A DNA stretch of 64,000 nucleotides from Pseudomonadota bacterium (GCA_034190055.1 JAXHTT010000003.1:2721-66720); one strand, 5' to 3'. Numbered from the stretch's first letter, positions 29,082 to 39,610 are shown. Made by a program: numbers and translations. Notes: generated from the letters alone by a model not told the origin.

Positions 29082-30731
29082 TTATTTTGGTGCATTCGCT
29101 GCTCTGAATTTAGCAATCAATTGTTGTGTTGAAGCGTCGAAATTATCTTTGTCTGCTTCGCCTTGAATGCCAGCAAGTACTTGGTTTCCTAGTACTTTAC
29201 CTAACTCTACGCCCCATTGGTCGAATGAGTTAAGGTTCCAGATAACACCCTGAACGAATACCTTATGCTCATACATTGCAACCAGCGCGCCAAGTGTTTT
29301 AGGTGTAAGGCTATCAAATAAGAAGGTGTTGCTAGGTTTGTTACCAGGCATGGTCTTATGAGCGGCCAAACGCTTGCGTTCTGCGTCGTCTAAGCCTTTG
29401 CCGTCAAGATCTGCATAGCATTCTTCAAAGGTTTTACCTTGCATTAGCGCTTGTGTTTGACCAAAGCAGTTAGACGCAAGCATAGCGTGGTGCGTGTCGT
29501 CCTGATTAGGAACGTTAAGGGGCAGCATGAAGTCTGCTGGTATCACGCCAGAGCCTTGGTGAATAAGCTGGTGGAAGCTGTGCTGACCGTTTGTTCCTTC
29601 GCTACCCCAAATAATAGGGCCAGTAGGATAATCTACGTTCTCACCTTCCTGCGTGACCTCTTTACCATTACTTTCCATATCTAACTGCTGTACATAAGCA
29701 GGTAAACCGCGAAGATAGTGGTAATAAGGCAGCAGTACATGAGATTGTGCATCGAAAAAGTTTCTGTACCATACGCCTAACAACGCAAGCAATACAGGCA
29801 TGTTTTCTTCAAGCGGTGCTGTCGTGAAATGGGTATCCATTTCAAATGCACCTTCAAGCAAGCCTTTAAAGTTTTCAAAGCCAAGAGCAAGTGAAATAGG
29901 CAGGCCGATAGCTGACCATAGTGAGTAACGACCGCCTACCCAATCCCACATAGGGAAAATGTTGTCGGCGCTGATACCAAATTCAGTCGCTGCTTTAACG
30001 TTTGATGATACTGCTACAAAGTGTTTAGCAATATCTTCTTGTGTACCGCCAGACTTTAAGAACCAGTCTTTAGCCGTTAATGTGTTCTGCAGCGTCTCTT
30101 GAGTAGAGAAAGACTTTGATGACATTACCACCAAGGTTTCTTCAAAATCTACGTTAGATAGCACATCGTGAATGTGGCAACCGTCAACGTTAGCAACAAA
30201 GTGGACTTTAACCGCATCAACCGTATGAGGTTTTAACGCCTCAGTCATGATTTTAGGGCCAAGGAACGAACCGCCAATACCAATCGCTACAATGTGCTTA
30301 ATAGGTTTGCCGGTATAGCCTTTGTGTTCACCACTGTGGATTGAGGAAGTAAAGGCCTCAATTTTTTCTAGAGTGGCGTGTACTTCAGGCATGACGTCTT
30401 CGCCGTCTACCATTACTTTGCGGTCAGAAAAGTTTCGAAGTGCCGTGTGAAGCACAGCGCGACCTTCTGTCGAGTTGATTTGCTCACCAGAAAACATAGC
30501 GTCGCGCAGGGGCTCTAATTTACAAGCACGAGCTAGGTCAAAAAGCCCTTTAAGGGCGTCTTCATTTACACGGTTTTTCGAATAGTCAAGAAAAATACCG
30601 CAGGCTTCAAGCTGCATGTTATCCGCACGGCTTGGGTCCTGCACAAACCAATCGCGCATGTGGGCATCTTTTACCGCTGAAGCAAGTTCAGACAACTTTT
30701 TCCATTCGGGAAGAGAAGTTAAAACACTCAT
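29082..30731 (-). CDS. pgi: glucose-6-phosphate isomerase
   Basis: 549 aa with typical PGI motifs ([29 protein letters not shown]). Confidence 0.96.
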   Translation of the reverse strand: MSVLTSLPEWKKLSELASAVKDAHMRDWFVQDPSRADNMQLEACGIFLDYSKNRVNEDALKGLFDLARACKLEPLRDAMFSGEQINSTEGRAVLHTALRNFSDRKVMVDGEDVMPEVHATLEKIEAFTSSIHSGEHKGYTGKPIKHIVAIGIGGSFLGPKIMTEALKPHTVDAVKVHFVANVDGCHIHDVLSNVDFEETLVVMSSKSFSTQETLQNTLTAKDWFLKSGGTQEDIAKHFVAVSSNVKAATEFGISADNIFPMWDWVGGRYSLWSAIGLPISLALGFENFKGLLEGAFEMDTHFTTAPLEENMPVLLALLGVWYRNFFDAQSHVLLPYYHYLRGLPAYVQQLDMESNGKEVTQEGENVDYPTGPIIWGSEGTNGQHSFHQLIHQGSGVIPADFMLPLNVPNQDDTHHAMLASNCFGQTQALMQGKTFEECYADLDGKGLDDAERKRLAAHKTMPGNKPSNTFLFDSLTPKTLGALVAMYEHKVFVQGVIWNLNSFDQWGVELGKVLGNQVLAGIQGEADKDNFDASTQQLIAKFRAANAPK

Positions 30732-30746
30732 TGTCTAGTCAGTTCC

Positions 30747-31706
30747 TTATGCACTTAGTTTTTCGCGAAGCATGGTTTCAAGCTTCTCTTGGTCAGCTGC
30801 GAAGTTGCGAATGCCTTCAGATAGCTTTTCCGTTGCCATTGCATCTTCGTTCATTGCCCAGCGGAATTCGCTTTCTGTTAGACGGTCGCCTGGCGTTTTT
30901 GTCGCGCCATTGTCTTTAAGTTTAACCCCTAGTTCACCTGGCTCGTTGGCTAGCTCTTCAAGTAGTGCAGGGCTGATAGTCAAACGGTCACAGCCAGCTA
31001 GTGCTTGAATTTCGCCAATGTTGCGGAAGCTTGCGCCCATTACAACCGTGTTGTAGCCGTACTCTTTGTAGTAGTTGTAAATCTTGGTTACTGATACTAC
31101 GCCTGGATCTTCATGTGGTGCATAAGACTCAGTGCCCGTCGCCTTTTTGTACCAGTCTAGAATACGGCCTACAAATGGAGAGATAAGGTAAACGCCTGCT
31201 TCTGCACATGCTTGCGCTTGGGCGAAGCTGAACAGCAGGGTTAGGTTGCACTGAATGCCTTTTTTCTCAAGCGCTTCAGCAGCTTGAATACCTTCCCACG
31301 TAGACGCAATTTTAATAAGAATGCGTGACTTATCGATACCTGCATCTTCGTACAACTGTACTAAGCGCTCTGCTTTTTCAATAGTTGCGGCAGTATCAAA
31401 CGATAGGCGAGCATCTACTTCTGTTGAAATACGGCCTGGGATGGTTGCAGAAATTTCTTTACCAATAGCTACGGCTAACTTGTCCGAGGCATCAGTTAAC
31501 TGTTGATCAGCATCGTTAGACTGAAGCTTTGCCCACGCTACAGCGTCATCTATTAGGCTTGCATACTGAGGAAGACCTGCTGCTTTTAGCAGTAGTGACG
31601 GATTGGTAGTAGCGTCAACCGGCTGATATTTTTTGATGGCATCGATGTCGCCGGTATCGGCAACTACGGTAGTGATATCACGTAATGAAGCTAACTGATT
31701 GCTCAT
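30747..31706 (-). CDS. talB: transaldolase B
   Basis: 319 aa, collinear with E. coli TalB as remembered ([52 protein letters not shown]). Confidence 0.96.
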   Translation of the reverse strand: MSNQLASLRDITTVVADTGDIDAIKKYQPVDATTNPSLLLKAAGLPQYASLIDDAVAWAKLQSNDADQQLTDASDKLAVAIGKEISATIPGRISTEVDARLSFDTAATIEKAERLVQLYEDAGIDKSRILIKIASTWEGIQAAEALEKKGIQCNLTLLFSFAQAQACAEAGVYLISPFVGRILDWYKKATGTESYAPHEDPGVVSVTKIYNYYKEYGYNTVVMGASFRNIGEIQALAGCDRLTISPALLEELANEPGELGVKLKDNGATKTPGDRLTESEFRWAMNEDAMATEKLSEGIRNFAADQEKLETMLREKLSA

Positions 31707-32089
31707 AATTCTCTCTGTACTTTATCTATATTAAATTTGGACAACTCGCTGGAAAGCCAGTTGAATAAAACGGTTCGCTTGCGCGTATTTGTAGGATATT
31801 GCGCTTGCGTTTCTCTTTGTTTACCTAATTTGCAACAAGCATATTAAGCGAAGGCGAAAAAAGCGCTTTGGTTTTCAAGAAGCACTAATAAGCAGTGCAT
31901 CAAGGTTATTGTTTGAATATTGTTTGTAACGCTATTTATATCAAACCCGTGTGACAATTCATACATAGAATAATGACAAATTCACTAATCGGATTTCTCT
32001 GTTAAGCCAATTTGTGTCTTTCTTATGCCATTTTGCTTTTTAATGCGTATCAGATGATACAATAGTCGCGTGAAATTTAAGGAGTCGAA

Positions 32090-32866
32090 ATGTTAGTTGT
32101 AGTATCCCCAGCAAAAAACCTAGATTTTGAAAGTGAAATTCCAGTGAGTCAATTCACTCAGCCCGAGATGCTTGAAGACACTGAACGCTTGATGGAAGTG
32201 TGCCGCACTTTATCTCCGGCAGACTTATCATCGCTAATGAAAATAAGCGATAAACTGGCAACCTTAAATGCTAACCGTTTTGCTGAGTTTTCTACACCGT
32301 TCACACCAGAGAATGCGCGTCAGGCAATGTATGCATTTAACGGTGATGTCTATACTGGGCTTGATGCTTACTCGCTAGACAGCGACACCGTAGAATACGC
32401 ACAAAAACATCTTCGTATTTTGTCTGGTCTATATGGACTGCTAAGACCACTAGATTTAATGCAGGCCTATCGTCTAGAAATGGGGACTAAACTGGCTAAC
32501 CCTGAGGGTAAAGACTTGTATGCGTTTTGGGATGATCGTATTACCTACGTCTTGAACAAAGCGTTGGAGGCGCAGGGGGATAATGTATTAATCAACCTTG
32601 CATCTAATGAATACTTCAAAGCAGTAAAGAAGAAGTCTTTAGACGGCATGGTCATTACGCCAACCTTCAAAGATTGTAAAAATGGTCAATACAAAATTAT
32701 TAGCTTCTTTGCGAAAAAAGCCCGCGGTTTAATGGCGCGCTACATTCTTGAAAACCGTGTTGAAGATGTAGAAGGCTTGAAAAGCTTCGACGTAGACGGC
32801 TATCGATTTAGCGAAGAACAAAGTTCATCAACAGAATTAGTATTTCTGCGCAATCAAGAAAGTTAA
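32090..32866 (+). CDS. yaaA: peroxide stress protein YaaA (DUF328)
   Basis: 258 aa starting [13 protein letters not shown], with the YRLEM motif. It has a good SD (AAGGAG). Confidence 0.92.
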   Translation: MLVVVSPAKNLDFESEIPVSQFTQPEMLEDTERLMEVCRTLSPADLSSLMKISDKLATLNANRFAEFSTPFTPENARQAMYAFNGDVYTGLDAYSLDSDTVEYAQKHLRILSGLYGLLRPLDLMQAYRLEMGTKLANPEGKDLYAFWDDRITYVLNKALEAQGDNVLINLASNEYFKAVKKKSLDGMVITPTFKDCKNGQYKIISFFAKKARGLMARYILENRVEDVEGLKSFDVDGYRFSEEQSSSTELVFLRNQES

Positions 32867-32950
32867 CAGCTTTTTTAGTAGGAGCTACTGATGGTTGAAG
32901 GAGACAGCAGCTTCACTGTGGAGCAACTAAAGGATCTCCGCTTGCGATAT

Positions 32951-32978
32951 ATAGCCATCGCATCTGCGCGATGGCTAT
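32951..32978 (+). terminator. hairpin downstream of yaaA (weak T-tract)
   Basis: ATAGCCATCGC-ATCTGC-GCGATGGCTAT: an 11-bp stem followed by TCTATATC. Confidence 0.5.
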
Positions 32979-33142
32979 TCTATATCTAGGCCTAGTCGCA
33001 CGCTTAAAATAGCTGAAGTCAAATCTATTCCCTCCTTTATAAGAAAAGCGAATCTTAATACCACGATAAGATTAGCTATCATACTAACTGCCGCATGCTA
33101 CACTATGAACAGTACTTTTTAGTCACAAACTAAGGCAAAAAC

Positions 33143-33496
33143 TTGAGCATATTAGTTCGTAATTTACCCAAATCATTCACCCAAGAAAATCTTGAAGATT
33201 TGTTTTTTGAGTTTGGCACTATAGCGTCGTGCGACTTGGTGATGGATGATAACTCGGGTTTATCTAAAGGCTTCGGCTTCGTTGAAATGAGTTCCCAAGA
33301 AGAAACCGATAAAGCGATTAAAACGCTTAACGCCAAAGTTATCGAAGGTAAAAAGATTCGAGTCAAATGGTCAAACCAAGAGAAGAAGCAAGCAGCATTA
33401 GACGATACTCCCGCGTCTAAAAGAGACATCCCCGAAGATGTATGGGGAAGTGCTTCTCGTAATAATTCTGAACTCGAAAACGATACCAAGCAATAG
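33143..33496 (+). CDS. RRM-type (RNP-1/RNP-2) RNA-binding protein
   Basis: It has RNP-2 (ILVRNL) and RNP-1 (KGFGFVEM). The start is TTG. The C-terminal tail is charged rather than Gly-rich. Confidence 0.85.
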   Translation: MSILVRNLPKSFTQENLEDLFFEFGTIASCDLVMDDNSGLSKGFGFVEMSSQEETDKAIKTLNAKVIEGKKIRVKWSNQEKKQAALDDTPASKRDIPEDVWGSASRNNSELENDTKQ

Positions 33497-33554
33497 CTAG
33501 GGAAATGTAATTGACTGGCGCTGACCATGAAGGTTGTCAGCGCTAGACATTCAT

Positions 33555-34814
33555 TTAACCAGGTACGGTTGCTGTCTTTACTTGGGTATTGCGTGCAGTC
33601 ATAGCAATGGCTAGCCATACCAACACACCACCACCGGCTAATGCTAAACCTACCCAGCCTGTGGATGTATAGCCAAACCCCGCCGAAAGTGCCATACCTG
33701 CTAACCAGGGACCTAGCGCATTAGCAGTATTAAATGCTGCATGGTTCATTGCACCTGCCAAGGTTTGTGCCTCGCCAGCTACGTCCATTAGGCGGGTCTG
33801 AAGAGGGACGACCATGCCGCCACCTATACCAATGAAAAACAGTGAGGCCGCCATCAAATACGGATGGCCCATAGACGCGGCGTAAGCCGCTGCAGATAAA
33901 CCTAGTAGAACTTGAAAGACGATAGCTGAGGTTAGAAGCCTGCCTTCAGAATAGCGCCCAGCAATAATGTTGCCCAGGGTTACGCCGATGCCGTAAATAA
34001 GCAGGGTTGCTGAGATTCCCCATTCAGGTGCTGAAGTCGTGTTTAAGTATGAGGCGCTGAAATAAGAGTACACAGAGAACATTCCACCAAAGCCTATAGC
34101 GCCCATAAGTAGAACTAGCAGCACATCTTTGTTTTTTAGCGCTTTAAGCTCAGTTAACGGTTTAGCATCTGGGTTTGGCCCGCGATACGGTGCCGTTTTC
34201 CACACCATTAATGCGGTGACTAAGGCAAAGGCTGAAATGATAAAGAAGCCTGTTCTCCATCCGAACATTTGACCTATACCGCTAATGGACGGCACACCAA
34301 TAATATTGGCAATAGCTAAGCCTAAAATAACATTACTGACAGCTTGCGCCCGCTTGTTTTTACCAGCAATGTCAGCGGCAAAGAGCATGGCAATGCCGAA
34401 ATAAGCGCCATGTGGCAGCCCCGCAATAAAACGGGCGATATTCATTGTCCATTCTGACCAAGCCAATGCTGTCAGTAAGTTTCCAGCAGCATAAAAGACC
34501 ATCATTGAAATAAGCATGGTGCGGCGGGCTAGGCGAGCAAAGAAAATAGTAATAAGCGGTGCGCCTACTACAACGCCAATGGCATAGGCACTAATCGCAT
34601 AACCAGCAACGTTTTCAGTGATACCAAAATCTCCAGCGAAGTAGGGCAGTAACCCCATAGCAGCAAATTCGCTACAGCCTATTACGAACGTGCCGAAAGC
34701 GAGCCAGAATGTAATAGTCGCCAGAGAGTATTCCCCCGTCTCTGAGTTTTTTTCTGAACCGGCCCGATTAGAAGCTGCTTGAGTAGAAGTGATACCGTCA
34801 CTTTGATTCGCCAT
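33555..34814 (-). CDS. MFS transporter (DHA1-like, 12 TM)
   Basis: 419 aa with 12 predicted helices. The N-terminal pattern GCSEFAAMGLLP...A.AIGVVVGAP is typical of the YdhP/NepI-like MFS group. Confidence 0.88.
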   Translation of the reverse strand: MANQSDGITSTQAASNRAGSEKNSETGEYSLATITFWLAFGTFVIGCSEFAAMGLLPYFAGDFGITENVAGYAISAYAIGVVVGAPLITIFFARLARRTMLISMMVFYAAGNLLTALAWSEWTMNIARFIAGLPHGAYFGIAMLFAADIAGKNKRAQAVSNVILGLAIANIIGVPSISGIGQMFGWRTGFFIISAFALVTALMVWKTAPYRGPNPDAKPLTELKALKNKDVLLVLLMGAIGFGGMFSVYSYFSASYLNTTSAPEWGISATLLIYGIGVTLGNIIAGRYSEGRLLTSAIVFQVLLGLSAAAYAASMGHPYLMAASLFFIGIGGGMVVPLQTRLMDVAGEAQTLAGAMNHAAFNTANALGPWLAGMALSAGFGYTSTGWVGLALAGGGVLVWLAIAMTARNTQVKTATVPG

Positions 34815-34891
34815 AAACTACCTTTATTCCTTGCCATATAGTCGCTTGCTTGCTGCGTGAGCACAGCGCACTTGCACAAGGTGAAAATACA

Positions 34892-34918
34892 AAAACCGGC
34901 AAATGATTTGCCGGTTTT
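34892..34918. terminator. orphan bidirectional terminator-like hairpin about 80 nt upstream of the MFS start codon
   Basis: AAAACCGGCAAAT-G-ATTTGCCGGTTTT is a 13-bp perfect palindrome flanked by an A-run and a T-run. An A7T8 tract follows at 34926-34940. Confidence 0.6.
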
Positions 34919-35284
34919 CTATATTAAAAAAATTTTTTTTGGCTATTCAGAAAGGCCAAAAGCTTGTGCTTGATTGATTCATTAATAGTGAAAGATCTTA
35001 GCAATGAATAAATATCAAGTAACGGTAACTGATAAGATTTCTCAACCATTTCAGCGATTTAAATGTAGTGTATTTGTTAATGGCTTGAAAGGCTTTACGT
35101 TGTTAGTTACGAGCATGTTTTTTCTAGTAATACTAAAGTGGTTGTTTTATGAACATAAAAATTTTCAACGCTTATCAATTTAGTCGTGCTAACTATTAAC
35201 ATTTGTTCTAAAGCTTGCAGAAATAGTCGTTCCTGTCTTTAGACAAATATTCGGATTAAAAAACAAACTTCTTGACTTCAAGGT

Positions 35285-35318
35285 GTTCTATATATAGAGC
35301 GTTCTATAAATAGAACGA
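35285..35318. promoter_or_regulatory. two adjacent palindromic operators upstream of the XRE/cupin-azlCD operon
   Basis: GTTCTATATATAGAGC (35285-35300; one arm mismatch) abuts CGTTCTATAAATAGAACG (35300-35317; 8-bp perfect arms). A third GTTCTA half-site lies at about 35205. Confidence 0.55.
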
Positions 35319-35335
35319 TTGTGAGTTGATAACGT

Positions 35336-35863
35336 GTGAATCAATCTACCCTTAATATTTTAGGTAGGCATCTGCAAAAACTTAGGCAAGATAAAGGTAT
35401 CTCACTGTCCCAACTCGCCGCAGGTGCGGGTATTGCCAAATCTAACCTCTCTAGACTAGAGCAAGGTCACGGCAATCCTACGTTAGATACTATTTGGCGA
35501 TTAGCTAAACAATTAGATGTGCCATTTGGTCAACTCGTCCACCCACTTAGTACTAGTGTGGGAGAGAATGGTGTAGAGGTGCGCCTTATTGAGCAAGGGC
35601 AGGGGGTTCCCAATGTCGATGCTTACTGGATGTCAGTTGCGCCTAACACACTGCGAGAAGCTGAAGCTCACGCTACTGGTACGAAAGAAACCATTACCGT
35701 GATAAGTGGTAGTTTAGAAGCAGGGAATATGGGAAGTACCCAACTATTGCAAGCCGGTCAAAGCATTACTTTCAACGCTAATTTGTCTCACGTCTACAAA
35801 ACTCAAGATGACTGGGCGACTTGCCTTATCACCATCGTTTATCACAAAGAGGCAATGAAATGA
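35336..35863 (+). CDS. XRE-family HTH + cupin-domain transcriptional regulator
   Basis: 175 aa with a GTG start, the HTH (LRQDKGISLSQLAAGAGIAKSNLSRLEQG) and a C-terminal cupin-like beta region. Its stop overlaps the azlC start. Confidence 0.88.
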   Translation: MNQSTLNILGRHLQKLRQDKGISLSQLAAGAGIAKSNLSRLEQGHGNPTLDTIWRLAKQLDVPFGQLVHPLSTSVGENGVEVRLIEQGQGVPNVDAYWMSVAPNTLREAEAHATGTKETITVISGSLEAGNMGSTQLLQAGQSITFNANLSHVYKTQDDWATCLITIVYHKEAMK

Positions 35864-36582
35864 GCCAAGTTTCTTCAAAAAGTGGGCTCAAGCAGGGGAT
35901 CATCGATGGGTTGCCCTTACTAGGCGGATATATTCCCGTTGCTATTTCATTCGGCGTTATCGCTATTCAAGCTGGCTTTTCAACATTGGAAGCAACACTA
36001 ATTTCTGTGTTCATCTACGCCGGCGCGTCGCAATTCCTTTTAGTTGCCATGGTGGCTTCAGGTGCCCCTCTTTGGCTGGCGGTGTGTATGACATTATTGG
36101 TCAATATACGCCATGTGGTTTACGCGCCCAACTTAGTGCCTTATTTACCACAGAGTAAGGCGTGGCCCTATTTAATGCATGGCCTTACCGACCAAATTTT
36201 TGCGCTAGCCCATACCCGTTTACCCACTATGGAAGACGCCAAGAAAGTTGATTGGTTTAAAGGTGTTTCAATGGTGGCGTGGCTTAGTTGGATTCTGGGC
36301 ACAGCTTTGGGTGGGTTAGCTGGAGATTCGCTTACACAGAAATGGCCTGTCTTAGATAGTGTTATGCCGTTTGCCCTACCAGCCTTATTTCTCGTGCTGT
36401 TAGCGCCAAAGTTTTCCAGTAAACAATGGGTTGTTACTTTGTTGGTTACTATCTCTATTGCTCTTTTAATTGCACTTAGTAGTTTCAAAAATGCGGCTAT
36501 TCCTTTAGCTGCACTGTTTGGTGCGCTTACATTTTATGTTGTTACCTCTCATGTCGGAAGGAAGCCGTCTCATGCAAACTGA
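35860..36582 (+). CDS. azlC: AzlC-family branched-chain amino acid exporter subunit
   Basis: ATG 35860 overlaps the regulator's TGA. It has multiple TM helices and the AzlC-type pattern (GASQF...A, NIRHVVY). The track ORF start at 35821 is an upstream extension. Confidence 0.88.
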   Translation: MSQVSSKSGLKQGIIDGLPLLGGYIPVAISFGVIAIQAGFSTLEATLISVFIYAGASQFLLVAMVASGAPLWLAVCMTLLVNIRHVVYAPNLVPYLPQSKAWPYLMHGLTDQIFALAHTRLPTMEDAKKVDWFKGVSMVAWLSWILGTALGGLAGDSLTQKWPVLDSVMPFALPALFLVLLAPKFSSKQWVVTLLVTISIALLIALSSFKNAAIPLAALFGALTFYVVTSHVGRKPSHAN

Positions 36583-36925
36583 TATTTGGGTGGCAATTAT
36601 CGTAGCTGCTATAGGTACCTATGCATTGCGCGTGGTGCCTTTATTATGGACACAACGTCACTTCAATAAACACAAGGCCAATAATACCGAAGCGCGCTTG
36701 CCTACCTGGTTGAGTGTGCTTGGACCATTAATGATAGCAGCTATGCTGGGGGCTTCTCTTGTTCCCAAAGCCCCGTCAATGTCAAGTTGGATAGCCACGT
36801 GTATTGCAACAGCCATAACGATACTCGTTTGGCGTAAAACCAAAACATTAGGCCTACCTGTCTTTTCGGGCGTTGCCGCTTTTGGCGTAATATACTGGTG
36901 CGCTTTACATTTTCTGTATATGTAA
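36572..36925 (+). CDS. azlD: AzlD-family small membrane subunit
   Basis: MQTDIWVAIIVAAIGTYALRVVPLLW is the typical AzlD N-terminus. ATG 36572 overlaps the end of azlC by 11 nt. Confidence 0.85.
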   Translation: MQTDIWVAIIVAAIGTYALRVVPLLWTQRHFNKHKANNTEARLPTWLSVLGPLMIAAMLGASLVPKAPSMSSWIATCIATAITILVWRKTKTLGLPVFSGVAAFGVIYWCALHFLYM

Positions 36926-36989
36926 CGACGGCTGAATAGAAAAGCTAATTGATATTTAACCTTTTATGCTGGGCATAATTCTCGTTAAA

Positions 36990-37601
36990 TCACTTAACGT
37001 TTCCCATGGCTTTGTCGCCCCAAATTTCTTTTAAACGCTGGTCGCGACCACAGTTCCAACGGTAGAATTTGTAGCGAACAGGACTTTTCTTATAGAAATC
37101 TTGGTGACCTATTTCATTACCTTTAATTGGATAAAAGGTAGAAGCATTAAGTATTGGTGTTACTACTTCTCTATTTGGAAACTGAGCGATTACGTCAGCT
37201 TTTGTTTGTTCGGCGATAGCACGTTCTTTATCGTTCGCAACAAAAATAGCGCTTAGGTAGCTAGGACCTTTGTCGCAAAACTGCCCTCTGTCATCAAAAG
37301 GGTCAATATTTACCCAAAAATGATCGAGGATATCTTGATAAGAAAGCACTTCGCCGTCATAAGTGATTTTTACGGCTTCGTAGTGCCCTTTATGGTTACC
37401 GTTGTAGGTAGGGTTTGGCGCACTTCCACCAGTAAACCCAGAGACTACGTCGGTTACGCCCTCTAATTTCTCAAAGTCAGATTCCATACACCAAAAGCAG
37501 CCTCCAGCCAAAATAGCTTCATCGGCATTTATTGATGGTGTAAATACCGCGGCACTCAAAGTTGCGCCAAACAATACTCCGGTGATAGTTGATTTCATCA
37601 T
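36990..37601 (-). CDS. msrA: peptide-methionine (S)-S-oxide reductase, exported form
   Basis: 203 aa with a signal peptide and the catalytic GGCFWC motif. Confidence 0.93.
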   Translation of the reverse strand: MMKSTITGVLFGATLSAAVFTPSINADEAILAGGCFWCMESDFEKLEGVTDVVSGFTGGSAPNPTYNGNHKGHYEAVKITYDGEVLSYQDILDHFWVNIDPFDDRGQFCDKGPSYLSAIFVANDKERAIAEQTKADVIAQFPNREVVTPILNASTFYPIKGNEIGHQDFYKKSPVRYKFYRWNCGRDQRLKEIWGDKAMGNVK

Positions 37602-38172
37602 GTACCTTTTGTGTTTTGACTAAGCAATATTGCTATGTGCTCTGCCTTAATTTCCTAGACAAACACTCCAACTCAAAAAGTGAAGTGATGTAAATAGACG
37701 TATACGAGTATTAAATAAAGAACGGTTTAGGCTGAAATTAATTTCACTGGGGTCTGATGCAGCACTTTTTCCTTGCTCAAAAGAGGAATAATTTCGCTAG
37801 CGATTGACTATATTGCACTAGAGTCGACGACTCTTGGTACCCAAAAAGTAAAAAAGAAGGTGAGTAAAATTTTCATCAGGCTCTGTAGCCTGCGTTCATT
37901 GGTAGCAAAGTCACTCGCTTTTAATTTTTAAATATTGCTCTATAGCCTTTCTATAATAAGGGATTGGGGGAAAATAACTTGGTCGGCAGAGCAATTGCAT
38001 CTCAGAAATTACATGTGAGTCGAATTACGCGACAACTTGTGATTTCATTCTGTGAGGTGGTTCGGGATCTACATCATCAAACACCACTTTACTTTACCTA
38101 GCCGGTTGTCGATTGTTCAGCTCTCTAAAAGAGTAGCTCAATTTCAATTCAGTAGAAAATAAGGAAGGTCAT

Positions 38173-38607
38173 ATGACTATAGTAAAATCAGGTAGTGCAG
38201 CATACAAGCCGTTAGGTAAAAAAGGGAAGGGCAGCATTTCTACGGAAACAGGCGCTTTGTCTAATCAACCTTATGGTTTTAACACGCGGTTTGAAGATGA
38301 AAAAGGGACCAACCCCGAAGAATTAATTGGCGCAGCCCATGCGAGTTGTTTCACAATGGCGCTTTCTTTTGCATTATCCGATGCAGGATATGAAGACGGC
38401 GAATTAAATACAACAGCCAAAATCAGCCTAGATAAGAACGACGACGGTTTTAAGATTACTCAGTCTGCATTGACCTTAGACGCTGAAGTTGAAGGGATCA
38501 CCGAAGACGAATTTGAAAAACTAGCTCAAGAAGCGAAGGATAACTGTCCTGTTTCTCAACTGCTAAACGCCAATATCACTTTAGAATATCGTTTAAGCAA
38601 GAGTTAA
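38173..38607 (+). CDS. osmC: OsmC peroxiredoxin
   Basis: 144 aa, near-collinear with E. coli OsmC as remembered (QPYGFNTRFE.EKGTNPEELIGAAHA.CF.MAL, CPVSQ.L). Confidence 0.93.
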   Translation: MTIVKSGSAAYKPLGKKGKGSISTETGALSNQPYGFNTRFEDEKGTNPEELIGAAHASCFTMALSFALSDAGYEDGELNTTAKISLDKNDDGFKITQSALTLDAEVEGITEDEFEKLAQEAKDNCPVSQLLNANITLEYRLSKS

Positions 38608-38622
38608 TCATTGAGTGGTAGT

Positions 38623-38647
38623 AGCCCGTTTTGAAAACGGGCTTTTT
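38623..38647 (+). terminator. osmC terminator
   Basis: AGCCCGTTTT-G-AAAACGGGCT followed by TTTT. Confidence 0.7.
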
Positions 38648-38664
38648 ACTTAAAATTAGAGATG

Positions 38665-38694
38665 AAAAAGAGCGGCTTTTAAAAGCCGCTCTTT
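38665..38694 (-). terminator. sodC terminator (palindromic)
   Basis: AAAGAGCGGCTTTTAAAAGCCGCTCTTT, with an A/T run on both sides. Confidence 0.7.
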
Positions 38695-38710
38695 CAGTTT
38701 TAACTATGCC

Positions 38711-39253
38711 TTATTTGTTGATTACACCACACGCCACACGTTTTCCACCGCCGCCGAGCTTTTTAGGTGAATCAGAATAGTTGTCACCACCGGCATGAAT
38801 CATCAGTGCACGACCTTCAATATCTTCCAGTTCAAGTTCTGGCGCGAAAATCGGCTGAGTAGCTTCACCTTCTTCATTCACGTAAAGCACAGGAAGATCG
38901 CCCTCATGACCACGCTCAGACCATGGAGCTCTATGTTTATCGGTATTTTCTGGGTCAAAGTGACCGCCTGCAGCGCCACCTAAGACCTTTTTGCCATCTT
39001 TCATTGCAGGAGAGCAATCTCCATTTTGATGGACGTGGAAGCCATGGGCTCCCGGCGTTAACCCTGATAGCTTAGGTGTGAATATTACGCCGTCATCATC
39101 GTGACTACTCACCATAACTGTACCGATTGAATGCCCAGTTTCTAAGTTTTTCATCATCACTTCTTTTCCTTCTTCGTGATGGCCGGCAAAACTCCCAGCA
39201 CTTAGCACTAGAGAAATAGACCCCGCTAGAGTAGTAAGTAAACGCTTCCTCAT
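38711..39253 (-). CDS. sodC: periplasmic Cu,Zn superoxide dismutase
   Basis: 180 aa with a signal peptide, the His ligands (HGFHVHQNGDC, GGHFDP) and the conserved GGGG.R.ACG C-terminus. Confidence 0.94.
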   Translation of the reverse strand: MRKRLLTTLAGSISLVLSAGSFAGHHEEGKEVMMKNLETGHSIGTVMVSSHDDDGVIFTPKLSGLTPGAHGFHVHQNGDCSPAMKDGKKVLGGAAGGHFDPENTDKHRAPWSERGHEGDLPVLYVNEEGEATQPIFAPELELEDIEGRALMIHAGGDNYSDSPKKLGGGGKRVACGVINK

Positions 39254-39610
39254 AGTAATCTCCTTAACTAATTTAATGCTTCAGTTCTAAAAACATCATG
39301 ATTAACTCAGCATAAAATAAACCAGTTTGAGGGAGACGAGTTGAAAGCTTCTACAAGCCCTATAGCGATGACCTTTAGGGAAGATTTCGTATCCAGCTTG
39401 CCAACCCCATCCACTTACATTAAATGAAAGGCTTATAGCTTTCCTGTGAAAATGTTACTGAACGTAATTCCGGCCCCTTTTCATTCTGTTCATAAATAGT
39501 TCGCAGGGAGGGGTGTGCGTTAGCAGTAAAACTCAGTAACAATATGGTGGTGGCACTTTTGCCCTATACGACTTACAGTTAGCCCACACCCGTTTTTAAA
39601 GGATATTGTC

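Noticed and set aside
31950-31965. CRP-like site TGTGA-N6-ATACA between tal and yaaA
   Set aside because: Only one half-site is good, and the second matches 3 of 5 positions. The distance to either start codon is not diagnostic.
33130-33618. 162-aa minus-strand ORF spanning the RRM gene and the 3' end of the MFS gene
   Set aside because: It overlaps two well-supported genes, one of them in a different frame on the same strand. The sequence is low-complexity and Ser/Leu-rich with no domain signature.
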